Shown: piece after piece, positions 1-9,758 of the stretch
Layout of the letters: each line of letters starts with the position of its first letter
How positions within the stretch are numbered: the stretch's first letter is position 1
Source: Thermoplasmatota archaeon
GTDB taxonomy: Archaea; Thermoplasmatota; Thermoplasmata; UBA10834
Reading direction: 5' to 3'
NCBI GenBank assembly: GCA_040751795.1
Contig: JBFMHR010000004.1
Span: 192,001-256,000, forward strand
Length of the DNA stretch: 64,000 nt
Program-made: the position numbers and the translations under genes
Notes under the pieces: generated by a model
Told to the model about the DNA's origin: nothing
Seen by the model: the letters and a program-made list of their open reading frames with translations, nothing else
Database searches by the model: none

Positions 1-936
1 CACCTCGTCATGGACATAGACCTCATGGTCTCGCTCATCCTCGGCGCGATCGTGGGCGGGACGACGGGGGCGGTGGTCATCCCCCTCGCCTGCAGGATGC
101 GGATCAAGCCCGGCACCAAGTCCATGCTCATCATGGAGAGCGTCATAACCGACGTGCTGGTCATCGTGACGGCCCTCACCCTGATCTCGGTGGCCGAGAA
201 GGGCGAGGTCAGCCTGCTGTCCGTGAGCACGGAGCTCGCGGTGAAGTTCCTGGTCGGCGGCGCGGTCGGCCTGGTCGCCGGGGTAGCTTGGCTCTACGTC
301 CTCCAGAAGCTCCACAACCAGCCCCTGGCCTACATGATCACCGTCGCCGCGCTGTTCGTCATAGCCGGCGTGGTCGAGCTCCCGCCCGTGAGCAGCTCCG
401 GCGCGGTCGCGGCCCTCGCGTTCGGGCTGGCCATCGGCAACAGGAAGTACATGAAGAACAGGCTCGCGTCCCTGTCGCTGACGATGCTCACGGAGGAGCA
501 CATCCACCACTTCCACACCGAGATAACGTTCTTCGTCAGGACCTTCTTCTTCGTCTACCTGGGCCTCTCCTTCAGGTTCGACACCTTCACCGCGACGCAC
601 CTGGTGGCCGGCCTGCTCGTCATAAGCGTCATAGTCCTGGCCCGCCGGTTCACGTCCCTGCTCGTGTGGAAGGTCTCCGAGATGGACGAGGAGGACGCGG
701 GCGCGGTCTTCTCGATGATGCCGAAGGGCCTGTCGGCCGCCGTGCTCGCGACGCTCCCGGCTGTGGCGCTCGCCGGGACAGCGCTCTGGCAGGAGGAGTA
801 CGGACCCCTGTTCATCAACGTGACCCTGCTCGTCATACTTGGCACCACGGCCCTCGCGACGGTCCTCTCCTTCGCGACCGAGAGGGGCATCGACAGGAGG
901 AACAGGATGGCCCTCCGCAGGCGGCTCATGGAGTAG
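1..936 (+). CDS. Cation:proton antiporter (CPA1/NhaP-like), 5' end outside window
   Basis: Multi-TM ORF open at the window edge; 'ESVITD', 'FFFVYLG' and 'PKGLSAAVLA' motifs typical of archaeal NhaP. Confidence 0.85.
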   Translation, partial: HLVMDIDLMVSLILGAIVGGTTGAVVIPLACRMRIKPGTKSMLIMESVITDVLVIVTALTLISVAEKGEVSLLSVSTELAVKFLVGGAVGLVAGVAWLYVLQKLHNQPLAYMITVAALFVIAGVVELPPVSSSGAVAALAFGLAIGNRKYMKNRLASLSLTMLTEEHIHHFHTEITFFVRTFFFVYLGLSFRFDTFTATHLVAGLLVISVIVLARRFTSLLVWKVSEMDEEDAGAVFSMMPKGLSAAVLATLPAVALAGTALWQEEYGPLFINVTLLVILGTTALATVLSFATERGIDRRNRMALRRRLME

Positions 937-1011
937 CCCGCCCGCCGACTCCCGCCGGGCCGACGCGCTACATTTAATAGCGGTGCTTTCCATGGTGGAC
1001 GGCTGGTCCAC

Positions 1012-3216
1012 ATGTCAAGGGTGCTGGTGTGCGTCGCTTGGCCCTACGCGAACGGGCCCATACACGTCGGCCACGTCACGGGCTCCATCCTCCCGGCGGA
1101 CATATTCACGAGGTACAACAGGCTGGCCGGGAACGAGACCGTGATGGTCTCGGGCTCCGACATGCACGGCGCCCCCATCACCGTGAGCGCGGAGAAGGAG
1201 GGCGTCCCGCCGGAGGCCATAGCGAACAGGTACCACGAGGCCAACGCGAAGGCCATCGCCGACCTGGGGATCGACTTCGACCTCTACACCCACACCCACA
1301 CGCTCAACCACCAGGAGACGGTCCACGAGATCTTCCTCAGGCTGCTGGAGAAGGGGCACCTGGAGAAGAAGTCCACGCCGCAGTTCTTCTGCGCGAGCTG
1401 CGGCAGGTTCCTCCCCGACAGGTACGTCGAGGGGACGTGCCCCCACTGCAGGTACGAGCGCGCGAGGGGCGACCAGTGCGACTCGTGCGGCATGGACCTC
1501 AACGCGGAGGAGCTCCTCGACGCGCGGTGCCAGCTCTGCGGCGGAAGGCCGGAGCTGCGCGATACCGAGCACTACTTCCTCAAGCTCTCCCACTTCACCG
1601 ACGGGCTCATCAGGTACGCCGAGGCCAGCTCCCACTGGCGACCCCACGTCAGGGCGTTCACGGTCAACGTCCTCAAGGAGGGCCTCGTGGACCGGCCGAT
1701 AACCAGGGACCTGTCGTGGGGCGTCCCGGTCCCCGTCCCCGGCTTCGAGGGGAAGAGGATTTACGTGTGGTTCGAGGCGGTCATGGGGTACCTGTCCGCG
1801 ACCAAGGAGTGGGCCAACACCGAGGGGACGCCGGACGGCTGGCGCAGGTTCTGGGATGACCCGTCATGCAGGTCATACTACTTCCTCGGGAAGGACAACA
1901 TAGTGTTCCACACGATCATCTGGCCGGCCATACTGATGGGCCACGGCGGCCTCAACCTCCCGTACGACGTCCCGGCGAACCAGTTCATGAACCTCGGAGG
2001 GCAGAAGTTCTCCAAGAGCATGGGCGTCAGCATCGACATCCCCTCGCTCCTCCAGAAGTTCAGGCCCGACGTGGTCCGGTACTACCTCTCCGCGAACATG
2101 CCGGAGACCAAGGACTCGGAGTTCTCGTGGGAGGACTTCGCCCAGAGGGTCAACAACGAGCTCGTCGCGACATACGGCAACTTCCTCCACAGGGCCCTGT
2201 CGTTCACTTACAAGAACTTCGGCAAGGTGCCGGAGAAGGGGGGGCTGGACGACCGGGACAGGGCGGCGCTGAAGCGGATCGACGAGGCGGCCAAGGAGGT
2301 CGGCGACGCTTTCGCCACGTGCGAGTTCCGGCGCGCCCTCAAGGGCGTGATGGACCTCGCCCAGTTCGGCAACCAGTACTTCGACGCGGTGGCGCCGTGG
2401 TCCCTGGTGGGCACCGACAGGGCCCGCTGCGGCACCGTCCTGCACGTGAGCCTCCTGATATGCAAGGCGCTCTCGGTCATGGCGTGGCCGTTCATGCCCT
2501 TCTCGTCCGAGGCGGTGTGGAGGCAGCTCTGCATGGGCTCGACCATAGCGGAGACGGGGTGGGGGGCGATCGCGCTCCCGCTGGACGAGGGCAGGGACAT
2601 GGAGAGGCCGTCGCCCCAGTTCGCCAAGGTCGAGGCGTCCTCGTCGGGCGAGTTCCAGAGGTACGCGGCCCTCAACCTCAAGGTCGGGAAGGTCCTCGAC
2701 GTCCGGCAGCACCCCAACGCCGACAAGCTCTACCTGATGACGGTCGACGTGGGGAGGCCGATCACCATCGTCAGCGGCCTCAAGGAGTTCTACACCGCCG
2801 ACGAGCTGAAGGCGAAGACCCTGGTCATAGTGACCAACCTGGAGCCCGCGACCCTGAGGGGCGTGAAGTCCGAGGGCATGCTCCTCGCAGCCGAGGCCGG
2901 CGGCAAGCTGGCGCTCCTCACGCCCGAGAGGGATCTGCCAGCGGGGACGCAGGTGTCGAGCGGCCTCGAGGCCGGGCATAAACTGCTCACGTTCAAGGAG
3001 TTCCAGAAGCTGGACATCAAGGCCGGCGCGCTCGAGGCGGGCCAGGCCCCGGTGCTGGATGTCGGCGGGAGGAAGGTCCAGTGCACAGTCGAGAAGGGTG
3101 AGCCGGGGAGGACATATCCCGCCTTCATCGCGGGGGACAGGGCGCTGGTCATCTCCGCGGAGGGGGCGAACATGGTCTTCGACAGGGAGATCGCCGCGGG
3201 CGCCAAGATAAGATGA
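1012..3216 (+). CDS. metG: Methionyl-tRNA synthetase with C-terminal tRNA-binding OB domain
   Basis: PYANGPIHVGH (HIGH), Zn knuckles, KFSKS (KMSKS), C-terminal 'HPNADKL...NLEPATLRGVKSEGM'. Confidence 0.98.
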   Translation: MSRVLVCVAWPYANGPIHVGHVTGSILPADIFTRYNRLAGNETVMVSGSDMHGAPITVSAEKEGVPPEAIANRYHEANAKAIADLGIDFDLYTHTHTLNHQETVHEIFLRLLEKGHLEKKSTPQFFCASCGRFLPDRYVEGTCPHCRYERARGDQCDSCGMDLNAEELLDARCQLCGGRPELRDTEHYFLKLSHFTDGLIRYAEASSHWRPHVRAFTVNVLKEGLVDRPITRDLSWGVPVPVPGFEGKRIYVWFEAVMGYLSATKEWANTEGTPDGWRRFWDDPSCRSYYFLGKDNIVFHTIIWPAILMGHGGLNLPYDVPANQFMNLGGQKFSKSMGVSIDIPSLLQKFRPDVVRYYLSANMPETKDSEFSWEDFAQRVNNELVATYGNFLHRALSFTYKNFGKVPEKGGLDDRDRAALKRIDEAAKEVGDAFATCEFRRALKGVMDLAQFGNQYFDAVAPWSLVGTDRARCGTVLHVSLLICKALSVMAWPFMPFSSEAVWRQLCMGSTIAETGWGAIALPLDEGRDMERPSPQFAKVEASSSGEFQRYAALNLKVGKVLDVRQHPNADKLYLMTVDVGRPITIVSGLKEFYTADELKAKTLVIVTNLEPATLRGVKSEGMLLAAEAGGKLALLTPERDLPAGTQVSSGLEAGHKLLTFKEFQKLDIKAGALEAGQAPVLDVGGRKVQCTVEKGEPGRTYPAFIAGDRALVISAEGANMVFDREIAAGAKIR

Positions 3217-3875
3217 GGCTCGACCTGCACGTCCACTCCACCCACTCCCGTGACGGGACCGCGTCCCCCGGTGACATCGTCCATATGTGCCGGCGGCTCG
3301 GCCTCGCAGGCCTGGCGATCACCGACCACAACGCCATAGACGGCTCGCTCGCCGCGCAGGCGCTGGGCAGGGCCGAGGGGCTGCTGGTGGTGACCGGCGT
3401 GGAGGTCTCCACCTCCGAGGGGCACGTGCTCGCGTACGGTGTCAAGGAGCTGGTACCCCGCGGCCTCACCGCGGCCGAGACGGTCGAGAGGGTCAGGGCC
3501 GCGGGGGGCGTGGCGGTCGCCGCGCACCCCAGGAGGTTCCCGTCCGGCGTGGGGCTGGCCGCCGCAGGGGCGGTGCCCTTCGACGCGGTGGAGGTCCTGA
3601 ACGGGGGGAGCTCCAGCGGGGCGAACAGGGCGGCGCTCAGGCTCGCGCAGGGGCTGGGGAAGTCGCAGACCGGCGGCAGCGACGCCCACAGGCTGGACGA
3701 GGTGGGGCGGGCCTACACCGAGGCCGAGTCGGTCTTCACGGAGGACCAGGTCCTCGATGCGATAAGGAAGGGGGCCACCAGGGCCGGGGGCAGGAGCAGG
3801 ACCCTGAGGGAAGGCGTCGTCTACACGGTCGAGACCACAGTGGAATGGCTGCGCGGCGGGATGAACAGGCTGTGA
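3213..3875 (+). CDS. PHP-domain metal-dependent phosphoesterase
   Basis: DLHVHS, AITDH, GVEVS, AHP and GGSDAH motifs; ATGA overlap with metG. Confidence 0.9.
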   Translation: MRLDLHVHSTHSRDGTASPGDIVHMCRRLGLAGLAITDHNAIDGSLAAQALGRAEGLLVVTGVEVSTSEGHVLAYGVKELVPRGLTAAETVERVRAAGGVAVAAHPRRFPSGVGLAAAGAVPFDAVEVLNGGSSSGANRAALRLAQGLGKSQTGGSDAHRLDEVGRAYTEAESVFTEDQVLDAIRKGATRAGGRSRTLREGVVYTVETTVEWLRGGMNRL

Positions 3876-3878
3876 GGC

Positions 3879-4238
3879 TCAGAGCTTCCCCGCTATGTGC
3901 TCCCCGATCTCCATCAGCCTGCCGGCGAGCTCGGTCGTCTGCATCTCGTGGCTGGCCGTGACGACCAGGAGGGCCCTGTTCCCCGCGCTCGTGAGGAGCA
4001 TCTTCCCGCGGCTGAGCTCCACGGAGACGTACTGCAGCTTGTCCTTCATCTCCGCGGTCGCGGTCTCCGCCGCTCCGAGGAGGATGGCCGACATCGCCAC
4101 GTAGGTCTCGAGGTGCACGCCCTTCGGGCTGTCCCCCGCGATGTGCATGCCGCTCCTCGAGACGACGGTCGCCTCGTACACGGACGGGATCGCCCTCACT
4201 TCGTCTAGAATCTTGTCTATGGCAATGTACTCCGGCAT
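3879..4238 (-). CDS. Roadblock/LC7 domain protein
   Basis: 119 aa; 'VVSRSGMHIA...AMSAILLGAAETAT' roadblock pattern. Confidence 0.85.
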   Translation of the reverse strand: MPEYIAIDKILDEVRAIPSVYEATVVSRSGMHIAGDSPKGVHLETYVAMSAILLGAAETATAEMKDKLQYVSVELSRGKMLLTSAGNRALLVVTASHEMQTTELAGRLMEIGEHIAGKL

Positions 4239-4385
4239 GGTTCGGGCAGCCCCCTCTGACTAGCGGAGTGAGCATGACCCAGAGAGAATATAAACTTTGG
4301 GCGGCAGCCTTCAGGCCCTGCGACACCACTGACCTCCCCCTCGATGGGTTGATATCCGCATAGCCCAATCAAGCAGGCGGAACCG

Positions 4386-5423
4386 ATGAGGATTCTCCAC
4401 CAGGACGCCAGGAGCAACGAGATCAAGCTCATGCCGCAGAACATCGACGACCTGTGGCACCTCTCCAACCTGATAGACGAGAGGGACATGGTCTTCGCCA
4501 CCACCTACCGGAGGAAGGAGGAGCAGTCCGACAAGCTCCGCAACGAGAGGATGGAGAAGGTCCGCATGCGGCTGGGGATCAGGGTGGAGAAGGTCGAGTT
4601 CCACGAGTCGGACGACAGGCTCCGAATCCTCGGGAGGATCGAGTCGGGCCCGCAGGACATAGGCGAGCACCACACCCTGATGGTCTCCCCGGGAGAGGAC
4701 ATCACGATCATCAAGCCGGAGTGGAGGACGCACCACTTCGACAGGATCAAGAGGGCCGTCGCCGCGGCGGAGAAGCCGTCGCTCGTGTTCGTGTCGATAG
4801 AGGACACCGAGGCGGTGGTCGCGGCCGCGAGGGAGTACGGCATCAAGGAGCATGCGACCATAACCCGCAACCCGGGCGGCAAGATGTACGACGCGAAGTC
4901 GAACGAGGCGGAGTACCTGGACGAGGTGGTGGAGAAGCTGAGGACGGTCCACAGGGACGAGCCCCTCCTCGTCCTGGGGCCGGGCTTCGTCAAGGAGGCG
5001 CTGGCGAAGCGCGTGAGGGAGAAGCTCCCCGAGGCCGCCCGGCACATGTCCGTCCACTCGACGGGCCAGGCCGGCATGGCCGGCATCCACGAGCTGATGA
5101 AGAAGGGCGTCGCGGGGAAGCTCCTGGACGACACCAGGGTCGCCCATGAGACGCGGATGGTCGAGGAGCTCTTCACCGAGATCGCCAAGGACGGCATGTT
5201 CGCATACGGGGAGGCGTCGGTCGCGAACGCGGTCGCTGCGGGCGCGGTCCGCGTCCTGCTGGTCCTGGACACGAAGGTCCGAAGCAGGGCCGTCGAGGGG
5301 ATGCTGAGGACCGTCGAGGGGGCGAGGGGCGAGTTCGCGATAATCAGCTCGATGCACGAGGCCGGCAGGAGGCTCGAGTCACTGGGCGGCGTGGCCGCGC
5401 TCCTGAGGTACAGGATGGAGTAG
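4386..5423 (+). CDS. pelA: mRNA surveillance protein pelota
   Basis: 'DDLWHL', 'LRILGRI', 'HHTL', 'GPGFVK' and 'LGGVAALLRY' motifs. Confidence 0.96.
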   Translation: MRILHQDARSNEIKLMPQNIDDLWHLSNLIDERDMVFATTYRRKEEQSDKLRNERMEKVRMRLGIRVEKVEFHESDDRLRILGRIESGPQDIGEHHTLMVSPGEDITIIKPEWRTHHFDRIKRAVAAAEKPSLVFVSIEDTEAVVAAAREYGIKEHATITRNPGGKMYDAKSNEAEYLDEVVEKLRTVHRDEPLLVLGPGFVKEALAKRVREKLPEAARHMSVHSTGQAGMAGIHELMKKGVAGKLLDDTRVAHETRMVEELFTEIAKDGMFAYGEASVANAVAAGAVRVLLVLDTKVRSRAVEGMLRTVEGARGEFAIISSMHEAGRRLESLGGVAALLRYRME

Positions 5424-5428
5424 CCTGC

Positions 5429-5833
5429 TCAGTGCATCCTCTTCCTCGCGTTGACGATGTCCATCGTCGCGTCGATGAGCATCGATATCGGGAAGGGCTT
5501 CGTCCAGAAGGACACCGCCCCCGCCCTTATGGCCTGCTCGCGGACGGTCTCGTCCGCGCTGGAGAATATGATCGGTATGCTCGGGTCGATGCTCTTGATC
5601 GCCTTGGTGGTCTCGATGCCGTCCTTCCCGGGCATCCTGTGGTCCATGATGATGGCGTCGGGCTTCGAGGGCATGTCGCGTATCAGCCGCACGGCCTCGT
5701 CGCCGTCCCTGGCCGCGAAAACCGTGTGCCCCCTGGACTCGAACATGTCCTTGTAGAGCTCGCGTATGAAGTCCTCATCGTCCACTACGAAGACGCGGGC
5801 CGGCATGCCTTCGGCTCGCCTCTGCTCCCTCAT
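5429..5833 (-). CDS. Stand-alone response regulator receiver protein
   Basis: VVDDE, MDHRMPGKDG, KPF; AGGAGG SD upstream of ATG 5833. Confidence 0.9.
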   Translation of the reverse strand: MREQRRAEGMPARVFVVDDEDFIRELYKDMFESRGHTVFAARDGDEAVRLIRDMPSKPDAIIMDHRMPGKDGIETTKAIKSIDPSIPIIFSSADETVREQAIRAGAVSFWTKPFPISMLIDATMDIVNARKRMH

Positions 5834-6026
5834 GGTCGTATAGCCTCCTGACATGTTCGCCAGTGCTCGCAAACCAGGCCCGTAGTATGCCATTGCATGT
5901 ACCCTGGTCAGGTACTGCGCGCATATGTGGCACGCTCATCCCGTAGCCATGCCACTAGTGCATCCCAGCTATCCCGATGCGCCGTCATCTCCCTCGGCCT
6001 AATTAAACTCTTGTGCCGGGGGCGGT

Positions 6027-6311
6027 TCACTGTCCATCGTGCTGGTGCTTCGCCTTGAGCGCGCGCAGCTCCTCGGAGATCTTCCTGAGGGTCGGGAAGG
6101 ATATGGCTCCCGACTCGCACTTGCCCTGGCAGCCAGTGCATCCGACGACGCAACTGTACGGGCTAGACACGGCCGGCGCGCCGTCGACCCAGCTGTACAC
6201 CTTCCTGTGACAGAACTCCACGCAGACGCCGCAGCCGCTGCACTTCTCGCGGTCGATCGTCGGGAACCACTGGATCTCCTCCCGCGGTATCCCGTGGTAC
6301 TTCTCGCCCAT
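6027..6311 (-). CDS. 2[4Fe-4S] ferredoxin-like protein
   Basis: CSGCGVCVEFC and CVVGCTGCQGKC clusters. Confidence 0.88.
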   Translation of the reverse strand: MGEKYHGIPREEIQWFPTIDREKCSGCGVCVEFCHRKVYSWVDGAPAVSSPYSCVVGCTGCQGKCESGAISFPTLRKISEELRALKAKHQHDGQ

Positions 6312-6312
6312 C

Positions 6313-6627
6313 TCACGCGCCCCCCGGCCCGGTCTCCCCGCACCTGCACTTCGGCTCGCGGTCCAGGAGCCCCTTCATCCTCCGGTCCCTGACCTCGGCG
6401 AAGGCGGCCCATACGCCGTCCTCGTACTCCTTCTCCGACCCGCGGGGGACGTAGTTGCGGCCCTTGAGCTCGGCCATCATCGCCTCCCTTATGGCCGCCT
6501 CGGGGGCGAACCCCAGCATGAAGCCTGTCTCAAGGATGTCGTCGAGGCCGGCGATCCCGACCTCCCTCCCGCCGACGGATATCCGCTTCGTGACCGTCCT
6601 GCCCGGGCAGCATGGTTCGGTTACCAT
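6313..6627 (-). CDS. Small hypothetical protein with N-terminal CC pair, co-transcribed with the ferredoxin
   Basis: 104-aa ORF with normal codon bias, 1-bp gap to the ferredoxin gene. Confidence 0.7.
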   Translation of the reverse strand: MVTEPCCPGRTVTKRISVGGREVGIAGLDDILETGFMLGFAPEAAIREAMMAELKGRNYVPRGSEKEYEDGVWAAFAEVRDRRMKGLLDREPKCRCGETGPGGA

Positions 6628-6726
6628 CTTATCGACCTGTCAGCGGCGTATGAGCGCGGCCGTTCTAAAATAGTTGCCACCGCATCGCGGCGGCAGTCAG
6701 GACAAGTAGGGATTGGTCCCGGGGTT

Positions 6727-6760
6727 GATAGGTAGGCGGGAGCATCCGATCCTACCTATC
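6727..6760. terminator. 10-bp inverted repeat downstream of the 28-aa ORF
   Basis: GATAGGTAGG (6727-6736) / CCTACCTATC (6751-6760). Confidence 0.55.
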
Positions 6761-6770
6761 CGGGATGGCG

Positions 6771-6857
6771 TTAATAGTCAGCGGCGGCCTCGATCTCGGT
6801 CTCGCACCCGAGCAGGTCGTAGACCTCCTCCCAGCTGTAGTGGTCCGCGTCAACCAT
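6771..6857 (-). CDS. 28-aa acidic small protein MVDADHYSWEEVYDLLGCETEIEAAADY
   Basis: ATG..TAA, GAAGGTGA SD, TTATTAA TATA-like box ~40 bp upstream, strong G/C third-position bias. Confidence 0.65.
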   Translation of the reverse strand: MVDADHYSWEEVYDLLGCETEIEAAADY

Positions 6858-6952
6858 TCTCTTCACCTTCGCAGGAACCTCTACGGGAAACCGGGGTTAA
6901 TAAGCTCATATCCAGAGGTCGGCGAAAGTAGTCTGGCCGTGCGAAAATGCGC

Positions 6953-8662
6953 TCACGCGGCGTGCCTTATGTGGACCGCCTCTCCCCTCTCCGCGAGGGC
7001 CATCTCAGCGGCGCACATCCTCGCGACGCCCACGGCCCTGACGTCCCCCTTGTGCACCACGGCGACGTCGTCCCCGATCCTCACCTCGGGGCTGGAGCCC
7101 TCGACGCCCACCGCGAACAGGTTCCCCTTGGGCCTGAAGTCCTCTATCTCGACGCAGTACGCGCCCGAGCGCGCGAGCGCCTGCCCGCCGTGCAGGGTGA
7201 GGGAGACCATCCCCCTGTCGGCGGTGAGCATCCCGAGCTGGGAGCCGTCCCTGGAGAGCTTGACGTATGGCCACCGTCCGTGCACGCGCGCCCCCTCGCA
7301 CAGGTCGTCCCCGGCGCGCCCGAACTGGAACCTGCAGACCGACCTGATGTCCTGGAAGGCCCTCTCTCCCCTGCCCTGGTCCCTCGGCTCGGGGCACCGC
7401 TCCCTGAGCGTCTCCTCGAGTCGGTCCAGGCTCTTCCGCGAGCCGGGCTCGCCCATGGACGAATCGACATGGTCCCCGAGGGCGGGGGCGACCGCGTCCC
7501 TCTCGTCGCCGAGGTGCGATATGACCAGGTCGTAGCGCTGCGTCCCCACGAGCCACGAGACCATGTCCCGGACGAGCCGCTGCTCGTCCATGTCCCAGTG
7601 GCCCGTGACGGGGATGTCGTAGTCCTGCGCGGGGTAGAACATCTCCAGCTCCCTGGGCACGATCCCGAGGGGCGACGTGACGACGACCTCGTGGACCGTC
7701 TGCGCCCTCCCGCTGGATAAGAGTGCGTCCCTGAACCTCATGTGCGACTGCGACAGCGAATATGGCTTCTTGGCCGAGCACGGGATCAGGAGGAGGACGG
7801 AGGCGCCCTCGGGGCGCCTGTACCTCTCCCTCAGCCTGTCCTGCCACCTGAGTATCTCGGGCCTCGACAGCGACTCCTTGGAGCCAGCGTGGAACGGCGC
7901 CCCCTTCACCGGGGCGTGCATCTCCTGCAGCGCGCGCGCGTCCATGTCCATGAGCCTCAGGTCCTGCACCAGCCACGGGTCGGACCTCACCCTCGACTCG
8001 ACGAGCTCCCTGAGCCGCCCCTGCGAGACCGCATGGGAGACGAGCCTCAGCTCCGCCTCGGCCGCCGCGATGTTGTGCCTCAGCAGCTCCTCCTTCCCCC
8101 TCGCCCCGGACCTGCACGCCTCGCAGTGGCAGGGGAGGTCCGTCAGCCTCGAGTAGTCCAGCGGCCCGGTCGCGGTCAGGTACATGCCGGACTCGGAGGC
8201 CATGACGAGCGGGACCGAGTCGAAGACGTCGATGCCGCAGTAGACGAGGAGCGCGAGCCTGTGCGGCATCCCCGCCAGCGAGCAGAACACCGGCCTCAGG
8301 AGGTCCGGCCCGGACTTCGCCCCCTTGACCGCGTCGACGAAACTGGGCGAGTCGAGGAGCCTCTTGGCCACGGCGTCGATGACGGCGAACCCGCCCTGCG
8401 GCCTCCCGGCCCCGTGGGGGGAGCCGCGGAACCCCGGGTCCAGGCCGCCTTCGACAGGTCCTGCGTCGCACGAGAACCCGGAGGGCAGGACCTTGAGGTC
8501 GCCCCTGCCCGCGGCATCCGCGTTCGACAGCCGGAGGCCCGTGACCGACGCGGGCGTCCGGTCCGCTACGAGGGCCACGGCAGGGGTCCTGTGCCTGACC
8601 CCGTCCACCTCGAGTATGCCGGTCCTCGCCAGCCCGTCGCGCTCGACGATCTCGAATCTCAC
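6953..8662 (-). CDS. arcS: Archaeosine synthase (TGT-like N-terminal domain, C-terminal PUA domain)
   Basis: 'FEIVERDGLARTG', 'LLIPCSAKKPYSLSQSH', 'TSPLGIVPRELE', 'YDIPVTGHW', PUA domain. Confidence 0.93.
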   Translation of the reverse strand: MRFEIVERDGLARTGILEVDGVRHRTPAVALVADRTPASVTGLRLSNADAAGRGDLKVLPSGFSCDAGPVEGGLDPGFRGSPHGAGRPQGGFAVIDAVAKRLLDSPSFVDAVKGAKSGPDLLRPVFCSLAGMPHRLALLVYCGIDVFDSVPLVMASESGMYLTATGPLDYSRLTDLPCHCEACRSGARGKEELLRHNIAAAEAELRLVSHAVSQGRLRELVESRVRSDPWLVQDLRLMDMDARALQEMHAPVKGAPFHAGSKESLSRPEILRWQDRLRERYRRPEGASVLLLIPCSAKKPYSLSQSHMRFRDALLSSGRAQTVHEVVVTSPLGIVPRELEMFYPAQDYDIPVTGHWDMDEQRLVRDMVSWLVGTQRYDLVISHLGDERDAVAPALGDHVDSSMGEPGSRKSLDRLEETLRERCPEPRDQGRGERAFQDIRSVCRFQFGRAGDDLCEGARVHGRWPYVKLSRDGSQLGMLTADRGMVSLTLHGGQALARSGAYCVEIEDFRPKGNLFAVGVEGSSPEVRIGDDVAVVHKGDVRAVGVARMCAAEMALAERGEAVHIRHAA

Positions 8663-8718
8663 GCCAGGGCATCGCCTGGAGGGTAATAAAATGAATCGAA
8701 GGGAACGGGTTTGCGGAT

Positions 8719-9075
8719 TCAGAAGGTCGTGACGACGGAGTGCTCCTCGACCAGCGCCTTCACGCCCGAGGCGGGCATGACCCTGAGCCCCTCGAAGAGG
8801 GCGGACTCGGGGATGCCCCGCGCGTCGAGGTCCTCCCTGACCACGTACACGGGGACCTCGAAGTCGTACAGCTCCTTGGTCGCGTCCATGTTGGAGGGCA
8901 TCCTGACGGCCTCCGCCCTCTGTGCGGCGACGGCGTTGTAGACGCCGTCCTCCATGAGGACCACGGACGTCTTCATGCCGTTCACGGCCATCGCCAGCGC
9001 GAGCCTCAGCCCGGCGAAGGCCTCCTCGAGCCCGTACGGGGACCTCGTCACCAGGACCAGTGTGGATTCTGCCAT
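8719..9075 (-). CDS. DsrF/TusC-like sulfur relay subunit
   Basis: 'RSPYG', 'MEDGVYNA', 'EDLDARGI'; no Cys. Confidence 0.8.
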   Translation of the reverse strand: MAESTLVLVTRSPYGLEEAFAGLRLALAMAVNGMKTSVVLMEDGVYNAVAAQRAEAVRMPSNMDATKELYDFEVPVYVVREDLDARGIPESALFEGLRVMPASGVKALVEEHSVVTTF

Positions 9076-9079
9076 GTGG

Positions 9080-9439
9080 TCACCTCGCGATGGTCACGAG
9101 CCTGTCGGACTCGGACACGAACTTGAACAGGTTGTTGGTCAGGCTGCCCACCTTCGCCGTGGGGATCTCCTCCCCGCGCTCGAAGCCCCTCGCGGCGTAG
9201 CAGGTCTCGCATATCGCCTGCTCGACGCCGTCCTTGCCCAGGGCCTCCAGCTCGTTCCCCACGTTGGGGAACCGCTTCGGGTTCTGCCCCTTCTTGACCG
9301 CGGTGACGCCCTCTCCGTAGCCGAACATGCGGACATCGTAGCCCTTGGCCCTGGCGGCCGCCGCGAGCTTGGACGCCACGTTGGCGTCCATGGCCATCAT
9401 CGACCCGGACCTCCAGAGTATGGTAAGCTTCTTCGCCAT
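9080..9439 (-). CDS. DsrE/TusD-like sulfur relay subunit
   Basis: 'FGYGEGV', 'ICETCYAARG' containing the expected acceptor Cys. Confidence 0.82.
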   Translation of the reverse strand: MAKKLTILWRSGSMMAMDANVASKLAAAARAKGYDVRMFGYGEGVTAVKKGQNPKRFPNVGNELEALGKDGVEQAICETCYAARGFERGEEIPTAKVGSLTNNLFKFVSESDRLVTIAR

Positions 9440-9448
9440 GCGCCCACC

Positions 9449-9748
9449 TCAGACCGTGACGGTCCTCTCCGTCCTCTCCATGATGCAGTCGACTATCTCG
9501 CCGTATGCCACGGCCCTGCCGACCCTGAGGTCCTTCTGGGAGAAGCCCCTCGCCTCGAGGTCGTCGGCCGCGACAAGGACCTCGTGCGCCGCCTTCCCGA
9601 GCCGCTCGGCCGGCCCGGCCTGCAGTGCGTTGTACACGGCATCCTCGAAGAGGACCGCGCTCGCCTCGTCCCTCCCTGCCACCCGGTGCATCATGTGCGT
9701 CGGGTCGAGCTCCTGGGGGGACCTGATCACTATGAATGCGGTCTTCAT
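9449..9748 (-). CDS. DsrH/TusB-like sulfur relay subunit
   Basis: 'LFEDAVY', 'DDLEARG', ~99 aa. Confidence 0.82.
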   Translation of the reverse strand: MKTAFIVIRSPQELDPTHMMHRVAGRDEASAVLFEDAVYNALQAGPAERLGKAAHEVLVAADDLEARGFSQKDLRVGRAVAYGEIVDCIMERTERTVTV

Positions 9749-9758
9749 GGTACCAACT

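Noticed and set aside
6027-6627. HgcAB-like mercury methylation pair
   Set aside because: No HgcA cap-helix motif (NVWCAAGK) and the ferredoxin lacks C-terminal vicinal cysteines
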